A stretch of 64,000 nucleotides of DNA from an uncultured Gammaproteobacteria bacterium (GCA_963848305.1 CAWKDC010000003.1:1-64000), one strand, 5' to 3'. Shown: positions 46,740-58,996, counted from the first letter of the stretch. The notes: generated from the letters alone by a model not told the origin. Numbers and translations: made by a program.

Positions 46740-46772
46740 AGACAAATTGGCAATAGGATTGCCAATTTGTCT
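46740..46772. promoter_or_regulatory. Perfect 15-bp-arm palindrome upstream of the AAA gene
   Basis: AGACAAATTGGCAAT-AGG-ATTGCCAATTTGTCT. Confidence 0.6.
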
Positions 46773-46823
46773 GCTTTTTTCATCATTGATAGACCCTCTC
46801 GAGCCTATCAATGATACAACAGC

Positions 46824-47045
46824 TTACTTCTTCGGCATCACCTTCCCCCCACTTTTCAAACACTCGTCCAGCGTTTTATAGCTTTGAAAATGTTTGATGC
46901 GTGAGTAGTACTGCGTGCCTGGTGCGTGACATACGTTTTTATCTGTTTTCTTTACCACTGCAGTATTCGCGACTGGCACAAGCGCTTGTGCGAACACAGG
47001 CGTTGTAGCAGCAATGAGTGTCAAGGTACAGATGAGCTTCTTCAT
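46824..47045 (-). CDS. small secreted protein
   Basis: Signal peptide; VCHAPGTQYY...ECLKSGG; GGAG RBS. Confidence 0.75.
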   Translation of the reverse strand: MKKLICTLTLIAATTPVFAQALVPVANTAVVKKTDKNVCHAPGTQYYSRIKHFQSYKTLDECLKSGGKVMPKK

Positions 47046-47135
47046 ATGATTATCTCCAATTGTTATTATTAATAGGGTGTATTAAACCCTGGCGCCATCA
47101 TACCGAACATTCTACCGTTTGACAAGAGAACAGTT

Positions 47136-47178
47136 AAAAAAAAGCTGCTGATGGCGCGAGCCGATCAGCAGCTTCTTT
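47136..47178 (-). terminator. Rho-independent terminator
   Basis: AAGCTGCTGAT/ATCAGCAGCTT stem with a T-tract. Confidence 0.75.
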
Positions 47179-47187
47179 CAGTGTGTG

Positions 47188-48548
47188 TTAAGGATATTGA
47201 TAGAGCAGCACATCATTCGGTGTATTGAATAATTCGCTGGTCTGATTGTTACAAGTCGATCCTACAACCCCACCTGACACCGGACACACAGAAACGGTGT
47301 TATTGTTGTTGTTGGAAACATACGCAAATGAAGGGCTAATTGACGCGCCTCCAGGTGCTGACAACACTGTTGGGATTGATTTCGCGCAGGGCGAGCCTAT
47401 TGAACCATCTGAATTCAATGGGCAAGAGGCGACTGAATTATCAATCAAGTTTGTTATGTAGATGTTTGAGTCCGTTGGATCCACTTCCACATCGATCGCA
47501 CCATTCAAGTTGCCTTCAGCATCGTTGATTGTGCAATCAGAGAATGTGCCATCTTCATTCACATCACACACCGTTAATTCATTGGTGTAGTAACTAACGA
47601 TGTAGGCCACGGCTTGTGTGCTGTTAAGCGCGATACCATTGGGGCCGTTTAATGTGCCACCTGCATCATCGGTGACACAGACATCCAAGGATGTGCCAGA
47701 TAAGATCGGACAAATGCTGATGTTATTGGTGCCTAATGTGCCGCCATTCGCGACATACAGATAGGTGCCCGCGGCATTTACCCTCACGCCATTGGGAGAA
47801 ACAAACGTGCCCGTATCTGTGTCGTCTGGCAGGTGCTGTTAACACAAGGTGTGCCAAAAGAGCCGTCGCCATTCATGGGGCAAATTGTGACAGAGTCTCC
47901 GTCAAAATTACCAAAATTGCTGATATACGATACCGTTTGGTCTGGGTTGAGTGTCATATTGGCAGGGCCATTCAGCACGACATCTAGGGAAGCGGTGTCG
48001 CAGCTTGACAAGTTCAGTGATCCATCTGTGTTCAGCGGACAGGTTAACACTGTGCCTGATCCATCTGCGAACCCACTGCCGTAATTAACGACATAAGCCA
48101 GTGCTGGTTCACTGACTGGCGCGCTGATCAGCGTGGACGCAATTGTCCTGTTTTCAATTGATCCTCCCGCCACTTTCAATGTGCGGTTCAATGTACCTGT
48201 TTCACAGGGTTGAAGGCTGACGGTGATGTTGCAAGATGCACCCTGTGCCAGGCTCTCACTCACGATGCAGCTGTTGGAGGAAGAAGGGACGATGGTTGCT
48301 GCGGAGCTACCTCCTAAATTTCTCCCACTGAGTTGTATTGTCTTCAAAGTGAGGGCGCCACCCGTTCCCACGTTTTCAACAGTGTAAGTGACCAGCGCAG
48401 GGTTTGTGCAATTGCTGGTGCTTAAATTGCTGACCTCGGGGGTGGACGTGAAGGCCAAGCCTGGGGTAAGTGTTGCTGCCTGTGCCGCGCAACACAACAG
48501 GGTTGTTGCTGCCAAGGTCATACCTGGACGAACGCAATGATACAACAT
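47188..48548 (-). CDS. secreted Ig-like plus beta-propeller (lactonase-like) protein, frameshift ~47790
   Basis: Signal peptide; repeated AYVxN...VxxCPxNxDG blades. Confidence 0.8.
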
Positions 48549-48768
48549 ATCTCTTCTCCTTAAGTTTACTAAACAACATGTTATGTGACTTCGCTTGAAT
48601 CAAGCCCCTATACATTATTTCCAAAAGAATATTTTGGCAAGCCTTTTCGGTATATTATTTGAAAATTGTTTAGTTAACTTTTATCTTTGGAAAAAACATG
48701 AAGATTCGCGCCTAGAATTATGCTACACTACCGCCTTACGCCCAATAAAATGTTGCGGAGAAAATCGT

Positions 48769-49722
48769 ATGTCATTGAATCATCTGGATTTTGAGCAGCC
48801 CATCGCTGAGTTGCAGGCCAAAATCAATGAACTCAAATTGGTGGGTAAGAGCAGTGATATCAACCTGAGTGATGAAATTGCCACACTCGAAAAAAAAGTC
48901 ACCGAGATGACGCGCACGATTTTTTCAACGTTATCCCCTTGGCAAATCGCGCAAATGGCGCGTCATCCACAGCGCCCATATCTGCTGACTGAATACATCC
49001 CGCTGATTTTCAAAGACTTTGATGAATTGCATGGAGATCGTTGCTTCGGGGATGATACCGCCATTGTCTGCGGCACCGCCCGTTTCGACGATGAGCCCGT
49101 GATGATCATTGGCCATCAAAAAGGGCGCGATACCAAAGAAAAAGTCCGTCGCAACTTCGGTATGGCTGGCGCGGAAGGCTACCGCAAGGCTCAGCGCATG
49201 TTCCAGCTGGCTGAGAAGTTCCATCTGCCCGTGTTCACCTTTATCGATACGTCTGGTGCTTATCCCGGTGTGGGCGCTGAAGAGCGCGGTCAAAGTGAGG
49301 CCATCGCTAAAACCCTGCTGATGATGTCTGATCTCAAAACCCCTATTATTTGCACCATCACAGGCGAAGGTTGTTCCGGCGGTGCATTGGGGATTGGCGT
49401 GGGCGACCGCTTGTTGATGCTGCAATACAGCACGTATTCCGTGATTTCCCCTGAAGGCTGCGCTTCCATTCTATGGAAGAGTGCCTCCAAAGCGCCTGAA
49501 GCGGCGGCTGCGATGAACATGACGGCTGATCGCCTGCTAGATCTCGGCATTGCGGATAAAGTGATCCCCGAGCCACTGGGCGGCGCGCACCGAAATGTCA
49601 CCGAAATGGCGGCGAATATCAAAAAGGCCCTCATGCAAGAATGGCTTACCCTCAAGCGTTTGCCCATCGATGAATTATTAGAGCAACGCTACCAACGGTT
49701 ATGCGCCATCGGCAGGGTTTAA
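48769..49722 (+). CDS. accA: acetyl-CoA carboxylase carboxyltransferase alpha
   Basis: [37 protein letters not shown]. Confidence 0.97.
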   Translation: MSLNHLDFEQPIAELQAKINELKLVGKSSDINLSDEIATLEKKVTEMTRTIFSTLSPWQIAQMARHPQRPYLLTEYIPLIFKDFDELHGDRCFGDDTAIVCGTARFDDEPVMIIGHQKGRDTKEKVRRNFGMAGAEGYRKAQRMFQLAEKFHLPVFTFIDTSGAYPGVGAEERGQSEAIAKTLLMMSDLKTPIICTITGEGCSGGALGIGVGDRLLMLQYSTYSVISPEGCASILWKSASKAPEAAAAMNMTADRLLDLGIADKVIPEPLGGAHRNVTEMAANIKKALMQEWLTLKRLPIDELLEQRYQRLCAIGRV

Positions 49723-50915
49723 ATGCGTGTGCACATTGCCCTTAGCGGTGGGCAAGACTCCATGGTTTTGCTCCACATGTTGCACACCGCAGGTGTTTCA
49801 ATTCACGCATACCACGTCAACCATCAACTCAGCCCGCACGCGAATGCCTGGGCAGAAACAGTGCAACAACATTGTGCATCCCTTCAAATTCCTTATACTT
49901 GTTTAGTACTCAATGGGCAACCCCAGAAAGGCGAGAGTGTCGAAGCGTGGGCGCGAGAAGCGCGATACACTGCACTGATCGATGCGTTGCCCAATGACAG
50001 TGTGCTAGTGACAGCGCATCATCAAAGCGATCAAGCCGAAACGGTATTGTTGCAATTATTGCGGGGCGCGGGCATAAAGGATTATCGGGTATTGCGGCCA
50101 AGAAACGGGTGGGTGGCGACAAAAATATCACCTTGTATCGCCCCTTATTAACAACGTCTAAACACGAAATAGAAACCTATGCGCGTGAGCATCAATTAAC
50201 CTGGATTGAAGATGAATCCAATCAACAGTTGCGCTTTGATCGCAATTTCATTCGTCATCACGCATTGCCTTTATTGCAAAGCCGTGAACCCGCAGCGATA
50301 GACACCATTGCGCGTGCTGCGTCACACTTACAAGAACAACAAGCGGTTTTGTCGATGTTGCTTGATCAAAACATGCCTGCCTATCAAGGCAGTGTTGCGG
50401 GTACATTGTCCGTGAAAGCATTATTGAATGCACCTGCCCCTGCGCATTGCTCAGCAGAGGTGATGATGAAGGCAGTGCTGCGACATTGGCTCTCTTCTCA
50501 TCATGTGGCCATGCCTTCGCAAAAAATGTTGGGATCGATCATCAATGATGTTTTATCAGCGACGTCGGACGCGATGCCACGCGTGTGTTGGGACAATTGG
50601 GTAGTCACACGTTACCGCGATGATGTGTATGTGTTGCCGCAAGAGGCGATGATTTCATTGAGCGGCTTTGAATGTGTATGGGATCCTCGTGAAGCGTTAA
50701 TATTGCCGCATGGAGCCGGTACATTGTGTTTAGAAGATTTAGTGAAGCAGGGTATTGTCGTGAAAGCGGGTGATACCGTGTTGGTTCGTTTCCGTTCTCT
50801 CGGTGAAACCATTTGGGTGGAAGGTGTGGGCCATCAATCCTTTAAAAAATGGTGCCAATCTCGGGGTATTCCACCATGGGAGCGGGGGAGAGTGGCGGTG
50901 ATATGTATTCGCTGA
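49723..50915 (+). CDS. tilS: tRNA(Ile)-lysidine synthetase, frameshift ~50080
   Basis: ALSGGQDS, AREARY, TAHHQSDQAET, RPLL, RNFIRH, IPPWER. Confidence 0.94.
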
Positions 50916-50948
50916 TGAGGTGTGCCATGGTGCAACATCTCATGCTAT

Positions 50949-52748
50949 CTATGTGTCGGGCTTTTGCTTTGAAGGTGGCTGACGATTTTTTTCAACGCTT
51001 TCATGCAGTAATTTTTTAAGTTCGTCGAGCTTTTCACGCTCGCTCTCCTCCCCATCTGCCGTGCTCAGAGAAGAAGTGCTAGAGTTTGATGCTGGGCTTA
51101 CGGTGCTGCCGGCTTGTACGCGGCGGGAGATATCATCCCTCAACGATGATATCTCCTTCACAATTGCTTCAACTTTCGTAACAGCTTCCAGTGTGGCCGC
51201 ATTATGTTGATCCGTCCCGGCTTTTGCAGGAGGTCTGTTTCGTATGTTTTGTACACATATAAGTTGGTACTTGGCTGCTGTCGCCAAACTAGTAGCGAGC
51301 TGCTCTAGCTGCTCTAATTGCTTGGGAGTGGATATGTCCGCTCTAGTTTGCACAACGTCGTGTGTCTGCCCCATCCTTGTTAGTAGCCTATTCACAATCT
51401 CAAGCGCTTCAGTCACCCTTGGATCTGCTTTGATGGCCACTGTTGCGGCGGCGACACTGGGGATACTTGAGGTTGCATCTTCTTCATCTTCTTCATCTTC
51501 TTCAGCTTGAGCAGGAGCAGTATAATATAGGACCTCTTTATTATCGCCTTTAGATGCGGGTTTATTCGAGTCTTCTTCTTTACGTCTTGTTGATAAGTTT
51601 TCAGCCACTGCCGTCACGGTACCCTCAACTGCTGAGCTGACAGCCCCCACTGCCCCGGTTGCTACCACAGCGGTCGTAGCGATGGCGACAGGTGTGGTGG
51701 CCACCACGGTTGCTGCGGTGGCAGCGCTCACGCCAGCGGCAATGGAGCCGCCTGCGATGGCGCCAGATACGAATTGTGCAATGACGGGGATCAGCGGGAT
51801 AGTGATGCCTCCAAATCCAAAGCTGACAAACGTGAGTGTCCCCACCGCTACTATAGCCACTGCGTATCCGAAGATTGTCGACCCTGAGGGGGTTGGAACG
51901 GGTTTCGGCTCAGGCGGTTTACCACTAGTAGAATCGGCAATGGCTGCATTGCTTGCGAGGGGAGCGCCCATCTCAGATGAAAAGGGGAAAACCATGTCTG
52001 CGAACGTCGCGCGGGCAATTTTAGTGTAACTGCCCAGATCAGTGTTGTTGCCGGTGATGAATTTGATGGCGGCCGTGGCCAAGCCCACAGTGAAGGCCAC
52101 GCCGATATTGGCGATATTCAGTAGCAGTCCAAAACCATCCGCGATGAATTTAGTGATAAAAACACCAATACGACATGCAGTCGCAAGCATGCCGCATGCA
52201 GCAAAAACGATAGCTGTGAAAAACAAGGCGATAGGGTTGGTATAGGGTGTATTGGTAGTGAAAACGCCCAATGCTCTGCCGGATCGCACGTACAATGCTT
52301 CAAATCCCAATTGGAAGGCTGCCAAGATCATCGACGGTGAATAGATCAGTGTATCGGCAAGCTGGACAATGCCAAGCAATACCGTACGGATAACTCGGCC
52401 AATCCGTAATCCCCATGAAGGGCTTTCGCTAAAAGAACCATACATATCATCAAAGGGATTCGGGTCTCTGGTAGAGGCAGCTCTCAGGTCAGCCCGCATG
52501 CGGCCGTGTGACAGCTTGACAAGACTTGCCCATAGGTTCGGTTTGTAATTTAAAGATTTCGGTAATGCGTTGGTTTGTGGCGTTGATGGGACTTTAGATG
52601 TCCTGAAGCGTGGAGTACGTCCTGCTCCCTGTGCAGTTATTTGCGGGCTAGGAATTTTTTCGAGAGTGAAACTCTCTTTTCCGGTTCTTAGCCAGTCTAA
52701 AAACCCGTTGTTTTGCTGCTTCCATTTAGGTTCATTTCCAGCCATCAT
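50949..52748 (-). CDS. orphan membrane/coiled-coil effector-like protein
   Basis: 599 aa; hydrophobic Ala/Thr/Val core, acidic patch, charged C-terminus. Confidence 0.7.
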   Translation of the reverse strand: MMAGNEPKWKQQNNGFLDWLRTGKESFTLEKIPSPQITAQGAGRTPRFRTSKVPSTPQTNALPKSLNYKPNLWASLVKLSHGRMRADLRAASTRDPNPFDDMYGSFSESPSWGLRIGRVIRTVLLGIVQLADTLIYSPSMILAAFQLGFEALYVRSGRALGVFTTNTPYTNPIALFFTAIVFAACGMLATACRIGVFITKFIADGFGLLLNIANIGVAFTVGLATAAIKFITGNNTDLGSYTKIARATFADMVFPFSSEMGAPLASNAAIADSTSGKPPEPKPVPTPSGSTIFGYAVAIVAVGTLTFVSFGFGGITIPLIPVIAQFVSGAIAGGSIAAGVSAATAATVVATTPVAIATTAVVATGAVGAVSSAVEGTVTAVAENLSTRRKEEDSNKPASKGDNKEVLYYTAPAQAEEDEEDEEDATSSIPSVAAATVAIKADPRVTEALEIVNRLLTRMGQTHDVVQTRADISTPKQLEQLEQLATSLATAAKYQLICVQNIRNRPPAKAGTDQHNAATLEAVTKVEAIVKEISSLRDDISRRVQAGSTVSPASNSSTSSLSTADGEESEREKLDELKKLLHESVEKNRQPPSKQKPDT

Positions 52749-53000
52749 TCACCTCTTCAGTATCTACTGCTCAGTACTCTATCTTAACTATAGCTTAAGT
52801 GTACCACCTTGCACAGTGTTTGTAACGTCGAGATGATGCGCTAAGTGATTGATATGTCGTCGATTGTGTAGCAAATTGTCAATAGAGAGAGGGGGATTGG
52901 TGCTGGGTCGTTGTGATGTGCGGAGCACATCAATCTAAGAATCGTACCCATACAGGTGTTGGCTGATTTTTAATGATTCACACCCCTTGCTTTTTCAATT

Positions 53001-53019
53001 GAGAATGATTATCATTAAC
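53001..53019. promoter_or_regulatory. Fur box
   Basis: GAGAATGATTATCATTAAC matches GATAATGATAATCATTATC at 16/19. Confidence 0.8.
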
Positions 53020-53042
53020 GTTCTGTAGTAAACACAAGGTAA

Positions 53043-54068
53043 ATGATGGCAGAGAATTTCAATATATGTATAGGTACGCAGGCAGCTCAGTCCAAGGTGG
53101 AATGCGCTGGCCACATGACCCAATTTGGTTTAGAGAACACAAATGAGATGGCCGTCGAAACCCTAAATGATTTTTTGTACTTGGTATCGCGCACGGATGA
53201 TACTGAGGTGCTGCATCGATTTTTAACTGAATTTTTAAATCAAAATCCCTGCAAAGGCGATCGCATCGCTGCCATCCAAGCGTTGTATCAGATAATCCGC
53301 CCCCAGCAACGCTTTGTATTTTTATCCCTCATTGACGCACACTACCCTGACAAAAGTGAATTCGGCTCGGTATCATCAGATAATCCAAAAGACATGGCGC
53401 ACCTTCCCAATGCCCTCCAAGCCTTGACAGTCACGCACCGGAAAATGGAACAAAAAACCAAATGGCAATCCTATGGCATGATGCTGGGCGGGGTTACTTT
53501 CGGGATGGAAGTGGTGATGCTGGGATTGGAACGGGTGGCCTGGAGTGACAATGCGGCTCACCCCGAAGTGATTTTGGCCCTGGTTTTTGCCGGATTCCTG
53601 GTGCTTGGTTACCCAATGGGGCGTTTTTTCAAATCTGCACACCACGATGCCCTCGACAAACAAAATAAAGAGCTTTTTTTTGAGGCGCAATATGGGCAAG
53701 AAGCAGGTCAATCACAGTTAGTGCTATTCAGGGAGCGTATGAAAGTGCGCCCAGGCTACGCGGTGGCCGCATTCGGTGTTTTGGCGGAAGGGTTATTAGT
53801 ATTCCGTGGGATTTTGTCGGGCACCGGGTTTGTGGCAGATATGTTTACCTTGTCGATTGACAATGGCGATTATGAAAATAAAATCCCTGGTACCTATTTC
53901 ATGGATGCACATCCCGTGATGGGCGGTATTTTTTGCATGGTGGCTACGTTGTTTGCATTAGCGGTGTCGTATTCATTAATGAGTGGACATTTTGCGCTGG
54001 ATGGGCGGGAGTGCTGTGAGCATGAGGAGAAGAAAGGACGGGGCTCGGCATCACCGCGCCACGCATAA
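53043..54068 (+). CDS. orphan membrane protein, probably iron-regulated
   Basis: ~4 TM helices; Fur box immediately upstream. Confidence 0.7.
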   Translation: MMAENFNICIGTQAAQSKVECAGHMTQFGLENTNEMAVETLNDFLYLVSRTDDTEVLHRFLTEFLNQNPCKGDRIAAIQALYQIIRPQQRFVFLSLIDAHYPDKSEFGSVSSDNPKDMAHLPNALQALTVTHRKMEQKTKWQSYGMMLGGVTFGMEVVMLGLERVAWSDNAAHPEVILALVFAGFLVLGYPMGRFFKSAHHDALDKQNKELFFEAQYGQEAGQSQLVLFRERMKVRPGYAVAAFGVLAEGLLVFRGILSGTGFVADMFTLSIDNGDYENKIPGTYFMDAHPVMGGIFCMVATLFALAVSYSLMSGHFALDGRECCEHEEKKGRGSASPRHA

Positions 54069-54120
54069 CAATCCTTGTATCCTTTCATGATATAATCCCC
54101 CCTTTTTGAGGGACACCCGA

Positions 54121-56028
54121 ATGCCAATCATCACTTTGCCAGATGGAACACAAAAAGCATTTCCCGAGGCTGTGTCAGTTCATGACGTGGCCCAAAGCAT
54201 TGGCGCTGGCCTTGCCAAAGCAGCCATTGCCGCCCGTGTGGATGGGCAGCTTGTTGACACGTCTTTTATCATCACACACGATTCAAGCCTTGCCATCATC
54301 ACCGAACGCGATCCTGAAGCGATCGACATCCTCCGCCATTCGGCCGCGCATTTATTGGCTCAAGCCGTGCAGCGCTTATTCCCCACGGCTCAAGTCACGA
54401 TTGGCCCTGTGATTGAAGACGGTTTTTATTATGATTTCGCTTTTGGCCGTCCCTTCACGCCTGAAGACTTGACGCAGATTGAAGCCGAAATGGCCAATAT
54501 TGTGGCGCAAGATTTACCTGTCACGCGCGAAACGTTATCACGCGAAGAGGCGATTGCGCTCTTTAAAAAAATGGGTGAACATTACAAAGTGCAAATCATT
54601 GAAGACATTCCTGCGGCGGAAACGTTATCGCTCTATCGTCAAGGTGAGTTTGTTGATTTATGTCGCGGTCCGCACGTACCACGCACGGGTTTCTTAACCG
54701 CAGTCAAACTGACCAAGATGTCTGGCGCTTATTGGCGTGGTGATGCAAAAAATGAAATGCTTCAGCGTATTTACGGTACGGCATTTGCGAAACCGAAAGA
54801 CTTGAAAGCGTATTTAACGCAAATTGAAGAAGCGCAAAAACGCGATCACCGCAAAATCGGTAAAGAACTCGATTTATTCCATTTGCAAGAAGAAGCACCC
54901 GGCATGGTGTTTTGGCATCCCGCAGGGTGGCACATTTACCGTCAAGTCGAGCAATATGTGCGCGACAATTTGGCGGTGGCCGGCTATCAAGAAATCCGTA
55001 CGCCGCAAATCATCGATAAATCACTCTGGGAACGTTCGGGTCACTGGGCGAATTTCCGCGATGAAATGTTTGTCACAGAATCCGAAGATAAAACCTACGT
55101 GATCAAACCCATGAGTTGCCCCGCGCATATTCAAGTATTTAATCAAGGATTGAAAAGTTACCGTGATTTGCCCTTGCGCTTGGCAGAATTTGGATCGTGC
55201 CATCGCAATGAGTTGTCCGGTGCACTACATGGGTTGATGCGTGTGCGCAATCTCACGCAAGACGATGCCCATATTTTTTGCACAGAAGATCAGGTGGAAG
55301 ATGAAGCCCGTCAATTCATCGTGCTGCTGCAAAAAGTGTATCAAGACTTTGGCTTCACCGATGTGTTTATCCGCCTGTCTACCAGGCCGGCTTCCCGCGT
55401 GGGGTCAGATGCTTTGTGGGATAAGGCCGAGGGTGCACTGGAAGCCGTGTTGAATCAGTCTGGGTTAGCCTGGCAGCTGAACCCTGGGGATGGCGCATTT
55501 TATGGACCTAAAATCGATTTTACCCTCAAAGATTGCTTGGGTCGAAGCTGGCAATGTGGTACACTGCAGCTGGATTTTGCCTTGCCTGAACGGTTGGGAG
55601 CGAGTTACATCGCTCAGGACGGCTCTAAGCAAGTGCCTGTGATGCTTCATCGGGCCATTTTGGGGTCGTTGGAACGGTTTATTGGGGTGTTGATTGAGCA
55701 TTATGCCGGTCACTTCCCCTTGTGGTTGGCGCCGACGCAGGCTGTCATTCTCAATATAACCGATGCACAGGCGGAGTATGCACAGCAATGTGCAGAAAAA
55801 TTGCAAAAAAGCGGTTTTTTTGTCAAGTTAGACTTGAGAAATGAGAAAATAGGCTTTAAAATCCGTCAACACACGTTAGCGCGTGTGCCGTATTTATTGG
55901 TGGTGGGCGATCGCGAGGTCGAGACCAACACCGTGGCGCTGAGAACCCGTGCCGGGGAAGATTTGGGCCACCTCTCTCTAGAGGCTTTGGTGGCAAAGTT
56001 CTCCGCTGAGGTTGCTAGCCGACATTAA
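54121..56028 (+). CDS. thrS: threonyl-tRNA synthetase
   Basis: TGS domain, RHSAAH, DLCRGPH, RDHRK, WQCGT, HRAILGS. Confidence 0.98.
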   Translation: MPIITLPDGTQKAFPEAVSVHDVAQSIGAGLAKAAIAARVDGQLVDTSFIITHDSSLAIITERDPEAIDILRHSAAHLLAQAVQRLFPTAQVTIGPVIEDGFYYDFAFGRPFTPEDLTQIEAEMANIVAQDLPVTRETLSREEAIALFKKMGEHYKVQIIEDIPAAETLSLYRQGEFVDLCRGPHVPRTGFLTAVKLTKMSGAYWRGDAKNEMLQRIYGTAFAKPKDLKAYLTQIEEAQKRDHRKIGKELDLFHLQEEAPGMVFWHPAGWHIYRQVEQYVRDNLAVAGYQEIRTPQIIDKSLWERSGHWANFRDEMFVTESEDKTYVIKPMSCPAHIQVFNQGLKSYRDLPLRLAEFGSCHRNELSGALHGLMRVRNLTQDDAHIFCTEDQVEDEARQFIVLLQKVYQDFGFTDVFIRLSTRPASRVGSDALWDKAEGALEAVLNQSGLAWQLNPGDGAFYGPKIDFTLKDCLGRSWQCGTLQLDFALPERLGASYIAQDGSKQVPVMLHRAILGSLERFIGVLIEHYAGHFPLWLAPTQAVILNITDAQAEYAQQCAEKLQKSGFFVKLDLRNEKIGFKIRQHTLARVPYLLVVGDREVETNTVALRTRAGEDLGHLSLEALVAKFSAEVASRH

Positions 56029-56047
56029 TGGATTGGGAGATACTCGT

Positions 56048-56596
56048 ATTAGTATTATCAAGAAATCTCAGGACAGCAAGTACCGTGTGGATGAGGAAAT
56101 CCTCAAGCGCCGGGAAGTACGACGTGTTTTGGTCGTAGACGAGGAAAGGGTAAGCCTCGGTGAGATGAATGTTTTGGACGCGATACATTTGGCAAAAGAG
56201 CAAGGCTTGTCCTTGGTCGAAATTTCGCCGAATGCGTCGCCTCCTGTGTGTCGCATCATGGATTACGGTAAGTTTTCCTATGATGAGAAAAAGAAACAAG
56301 CTGCGGCTAAGAAAAAGCAAAAGCAAGTGGAACTGAAAGAAGTGAAGTTCCGTCCCACGACTGACGAAGGCGACTTCCAGGTCAAACTGAAAAGCATTTT
56401 GGGCTTTTTAGAGGACGGTAACAAGGTGAAAATCACCATTCGCTTCCGAGGTCGCGAAGTGATGCATAGCCAACTCGGTGATGTCTTGTTACAGCGTATT
56501 GCGCATGCCATATCGGAAGTCGGTGTGGTTGAGCAGCAATATCGCTTAGAAGGCCGCCAGATGGGTATGATGCTCGGTCCGAAAAAGACTGGGTAA
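56048..56596 (+). CDS. infC: translation initiation factor IF-3, ATT start
   Basis: PPVCRIMDYGKF, KEVKFRP; GGGAGA RBS 7 nt before the in-frame ATT. Confidence 0.95.
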   Translation: MSIIKKSQDSKYRVDEEILKRREVRRVLVVDEERVSLGEMNVLDAIHLAKEQGLSLVEISPNASPPVCRIMDYGKFSYDEKKKQAAAKKKQKQVELKEVKFRPTTDEGDFQVKLKSILGFLEDGNKVKITIRFRGREVMHSQLGDVLLQRIAHAISEVGVVEQQYRLEGRQMGMMLGPKKTG

Positions 56597-56699
56597 AACA
56601 CTGTGCCACTTGTGCTACCGTCTGTGCTCTGCGCAACGGTTTAACGCCTGTGCCGTGGTTTGTTGATATTAACCCCAAACAGGCGAAGAGGTAAATGAA

Positions 56700-56906
56700 A
56701 TGGCAAAGATAAAGATGAAGTCACATCGAGGCGCTGCCAAGCGTTTCCGTGTTACAGCGAAAGGCCGGGTGAAATTCCGTGCTGCCAACCGTTCACATAA
56801 TTTCTTGGGCGATAACGGCAAGAAAAAACGTGGACGTCGGTCTCCAAAACCCATGTTGTGTAAGAGCAACGAAAAGGTGATCAGAGAATTGTTGTTGGCA
56901 CAGTAG
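56700..56906 (+). CDS. rpmI: 50S ribosomal protein L35
   Basis: KMKSHRGAAKRF; operon position. Confidence 0.95.
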   Translation: MAKIKMKSHRGAAKRFRVTAKGRVKFRAANRSHNFLGDNGKKKRGRRSPKPMLCKSNEKVIRELLLAQ

Positions 56907-56915
56907 GAGTACATC

Positions 56916-57272
56916 ATGTCAAGAGTTAAAAGAGGCGTGACGGCTCGACAACGTCACAAAAAAGTATTAGCACGTGCAAAGGGTTACTACGGCGCCCGTT
57001 CACGCGTGTTCCGTGTGGCCAAGCAAGCGGTGATCAAGGCGGGGCAATATGCTTACCGTGATCGTCGCACCAAAAAGCGCGAATTCCGTCGCTTGTGGAT
57101 TGCCCGTATCAACGCCGGTGTGCGTCAATGCGGCATGACATACAGCGCCTTCATCGATGGCTTGAAAAAAGCCTCGATTGATTTGGACAGAAAAGTGCTG
57201 GCTGATTTGGCGATCTTCGACAATGTGGCGTTTGTTGCATTGGTTGAGAGAGCGAAGACGGCTCGCGGGTGA
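56916..57272 (+). CDS. rplT: 50S ribosomal protein L20
   Basis: [23 protein letters not shown]. Confidence 0.98.
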   Translation: MSRVKRGVTARQRHKKVLARAKGYYGARSRVFRVAKQAVIKAGQYAYRDRRTKKREFRRLWIARINAGVRQCGMTYSAFIDGLKKASIDLDRKVLADLAIFDNVAFVALVERAKTARG

Positions 57273-57277
57273 TGCTG

Positions 57278-57320
57278 GATCCCGGATAAGCGCTACGCTA
57301 TGCTTCGCGCTTTCCGGGAT
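57278..57320. repeat. Intergenic palindromic (REP-like) element
   Basis: ATCCCGGATAAGCGC...GCGCTTTCCGGGAT. Confidence 0.6.
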
Positions 57321-57355
57321 GCGCTTGATCTCGCTGACAGTTGAGGAAACAATGA

Positions 57356-58444
57356 ATGGTAAAATGCGGCATAGTAGGTCTCCCCAACGTCGGCAAATCA
57401 ACGCTCTTCAATGCGCTCACACAAGCAGGCATTGAAGCAGCAAATTATCCTTTCTGTACCATTGAACCCAATAAAGGCATTGTGCCAGTCCCCGATCAGC
57501 GGCTGGATGCATTGGCTGCCATCGTCAAACCTCAACGTGTTCTCCCCACCACCATGGAATTTGTGGATATTGCAGGCTTGGTGAAGGGCGCGTCAGAAGG
57601 CCAAGGATTAGGCAATCAATTTTTATCGCACATCCGCGAAACAGATGCCATCGCGCATGTTGTACGTTGTTTTGAAAACAATGACATTATTCACGTCGTG
57701 GGTCGCATCAATCCCCTTGACGATATTGATATTATTAACACTGAATTATTATTGGCTGATTTAGAAGTCATCAACAAACGCATTCAACGCGTGCAAAAAG
57801 TCGCGAAAAGCGGCGACAAAGCCGGGCGCATTGAACTCGCGATGCTGGAGCGGCTGCAAGCGCATTGCGACAAAGGTTTGCCTGCACGTACTTGTGCGAT
57901 CAGCCAAGAAGAAAAACCTTTTTATGACGGGTTGCATTTTATCACTGCCAAACCCATGATGTACATTGCCAATGTCGATGAAAATGGTTTTGAAAACAAC
58001 CCACATTTGGACGCGGTTGAAGCGCTGGCCAAAAAAGAAGGTGCGATCGTGGTGCCTGTGTGTGCTGCCATTGAATCTGAAATTGCGGAATTAGATGAAG
58101 CAGACAGAATGTCCTTTTTAGAGTCCATGCATTTGGATGAGCCAGGCCTTAACCGTGTGATCCGTGCAGGCTATGCATTGCTCAATCTCCAAACTTATTT
58201 TACCGCAGGTGTGAAAGAAGTGCGTGCATGGACGATGCCAGTCGGCAGCACTGCACCGCAAGCGGCGGGTGTGATTCACACAGATTTTGAAAAAGGTTTT
58301 ATCCGTGCTGAAGTTATCAGCTATACTGATTTCGTTCAATACAAAGGCGAGCAAGGTGCGAAAGAAGCCGGTCGCTGGCGTTTGGAAGGAAAAGATTATA
58401 TCCCCAAGGATGGCGATGTGATGCACTTTAGGTTTAACACTTGA
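57356..58444 (+). CDS. ychF: redox-regulated ATPase YchF
   Basis: [38 protein letters not shown]. Confidence 0.98.
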   Translation: MVKCGIVGLPNVGKSTLFNALTQAGIEAANYPFCTIEPNKGIVPVPDQRLDALAAIVKPQRVLPTTMEFVDIAGLVKGASEGQGLGNQFLSHIRETDAIAHVVRCFENNDIIHVVGRINPLDDIDIINTELLLADLEVINKRIQRVQKVAKSGDKAGRIELAMLERLQAHCDKGLPARTCAISQEEKPFYDGLHFITAKPMMYIANVDENGFENNPHLDAVEALAKKEGAIVVPVCAAIESEIAELDEADRMSFLESMHLDEPGLNRVIRAGYALLNLQTYFTAGVKEVRAWTMPVGSTAPQAAGVIHTDFEKGFIRAEVISYTDFVQYKGEQGAKEAGRWRLEGKDYIPKDGDVMHFRFNT

Positions 58445-58462
58445 TAGAGCGAGGGTAATAGA

Positions 58463-58996
58463 ATGAATGAGTCACACAGAGCGAGATGGTATGCATTGTT
58501 CTCAGTAGCCAGTTTGGGGGGCGCTGTGGCAATAAGCAGGAATTTGTTAGAACCTTATATGAACACCGATCCCTTCTGGGATACTGACACCTTTGATTTT
58601 GAAAGTATCCTGTTGCCTGTGGCGGGTGCTTTATTGTTCTTCGGCAGTGCGATGCGTGCAATTGCTGCTGCACGGGGCAACGCAAATACGAAACAAGCTC
58701 AGGAAGTAGATGATAAAATTGTCTCCCCTTGTTTTATACTGGGTTTTGGTGCGCTGGCCATATCTGCATTCATCGCATTTGAGGATACGTTTGATCACTT
58801 GACGCTTGATAACCATAGCACTGCGATGATACGAGGCGCGCGTGCAGTGGATGGCATCGTGGGCTTGGCGTCGCTGATGTTAATGCTCGCGAATACCCCT
58901 AGCATTCGGGAATGGGTAAGATCTACGTTCTTCCCTTCTAGCACATCAATTTCGCGCAAGGCCCCTGTAAAAGCGGAATTCGAACCATCAATTTAA
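58463..58996 (+). CDS. orphan 4-TM protein (paralog 1)
   Basis: Hydrophobic helices; motifs shared with the next gene. Confidence 0.7.
   Translation: MNESHRARWYALFSVASLGGAVAISRNLLEPYMNTDPFWDTDTFDFESILLPVAGALLFFGSAMRAIAAARGNANTKQAQEVDDKIVSPCFILGFGALAISAFIAFEDTFDHLTLDNHSTAMIRGARAVDGIVGLASLMLMLANTPSIREWVRSTFFPSSTSISRKAPVKAEFEPSI

Noticed and set aside
35540-50110. Programmed frameshifting in recJ, tilS, the DEAD helicase and the permease
   Set aside because: There are no known slippery or stop-linked motifs, and the pattern fits sequencing indels.
56048-56050. ATT start of infC as a novelty
   Set aside because: This is a well-established autoregulatory feature of infC.
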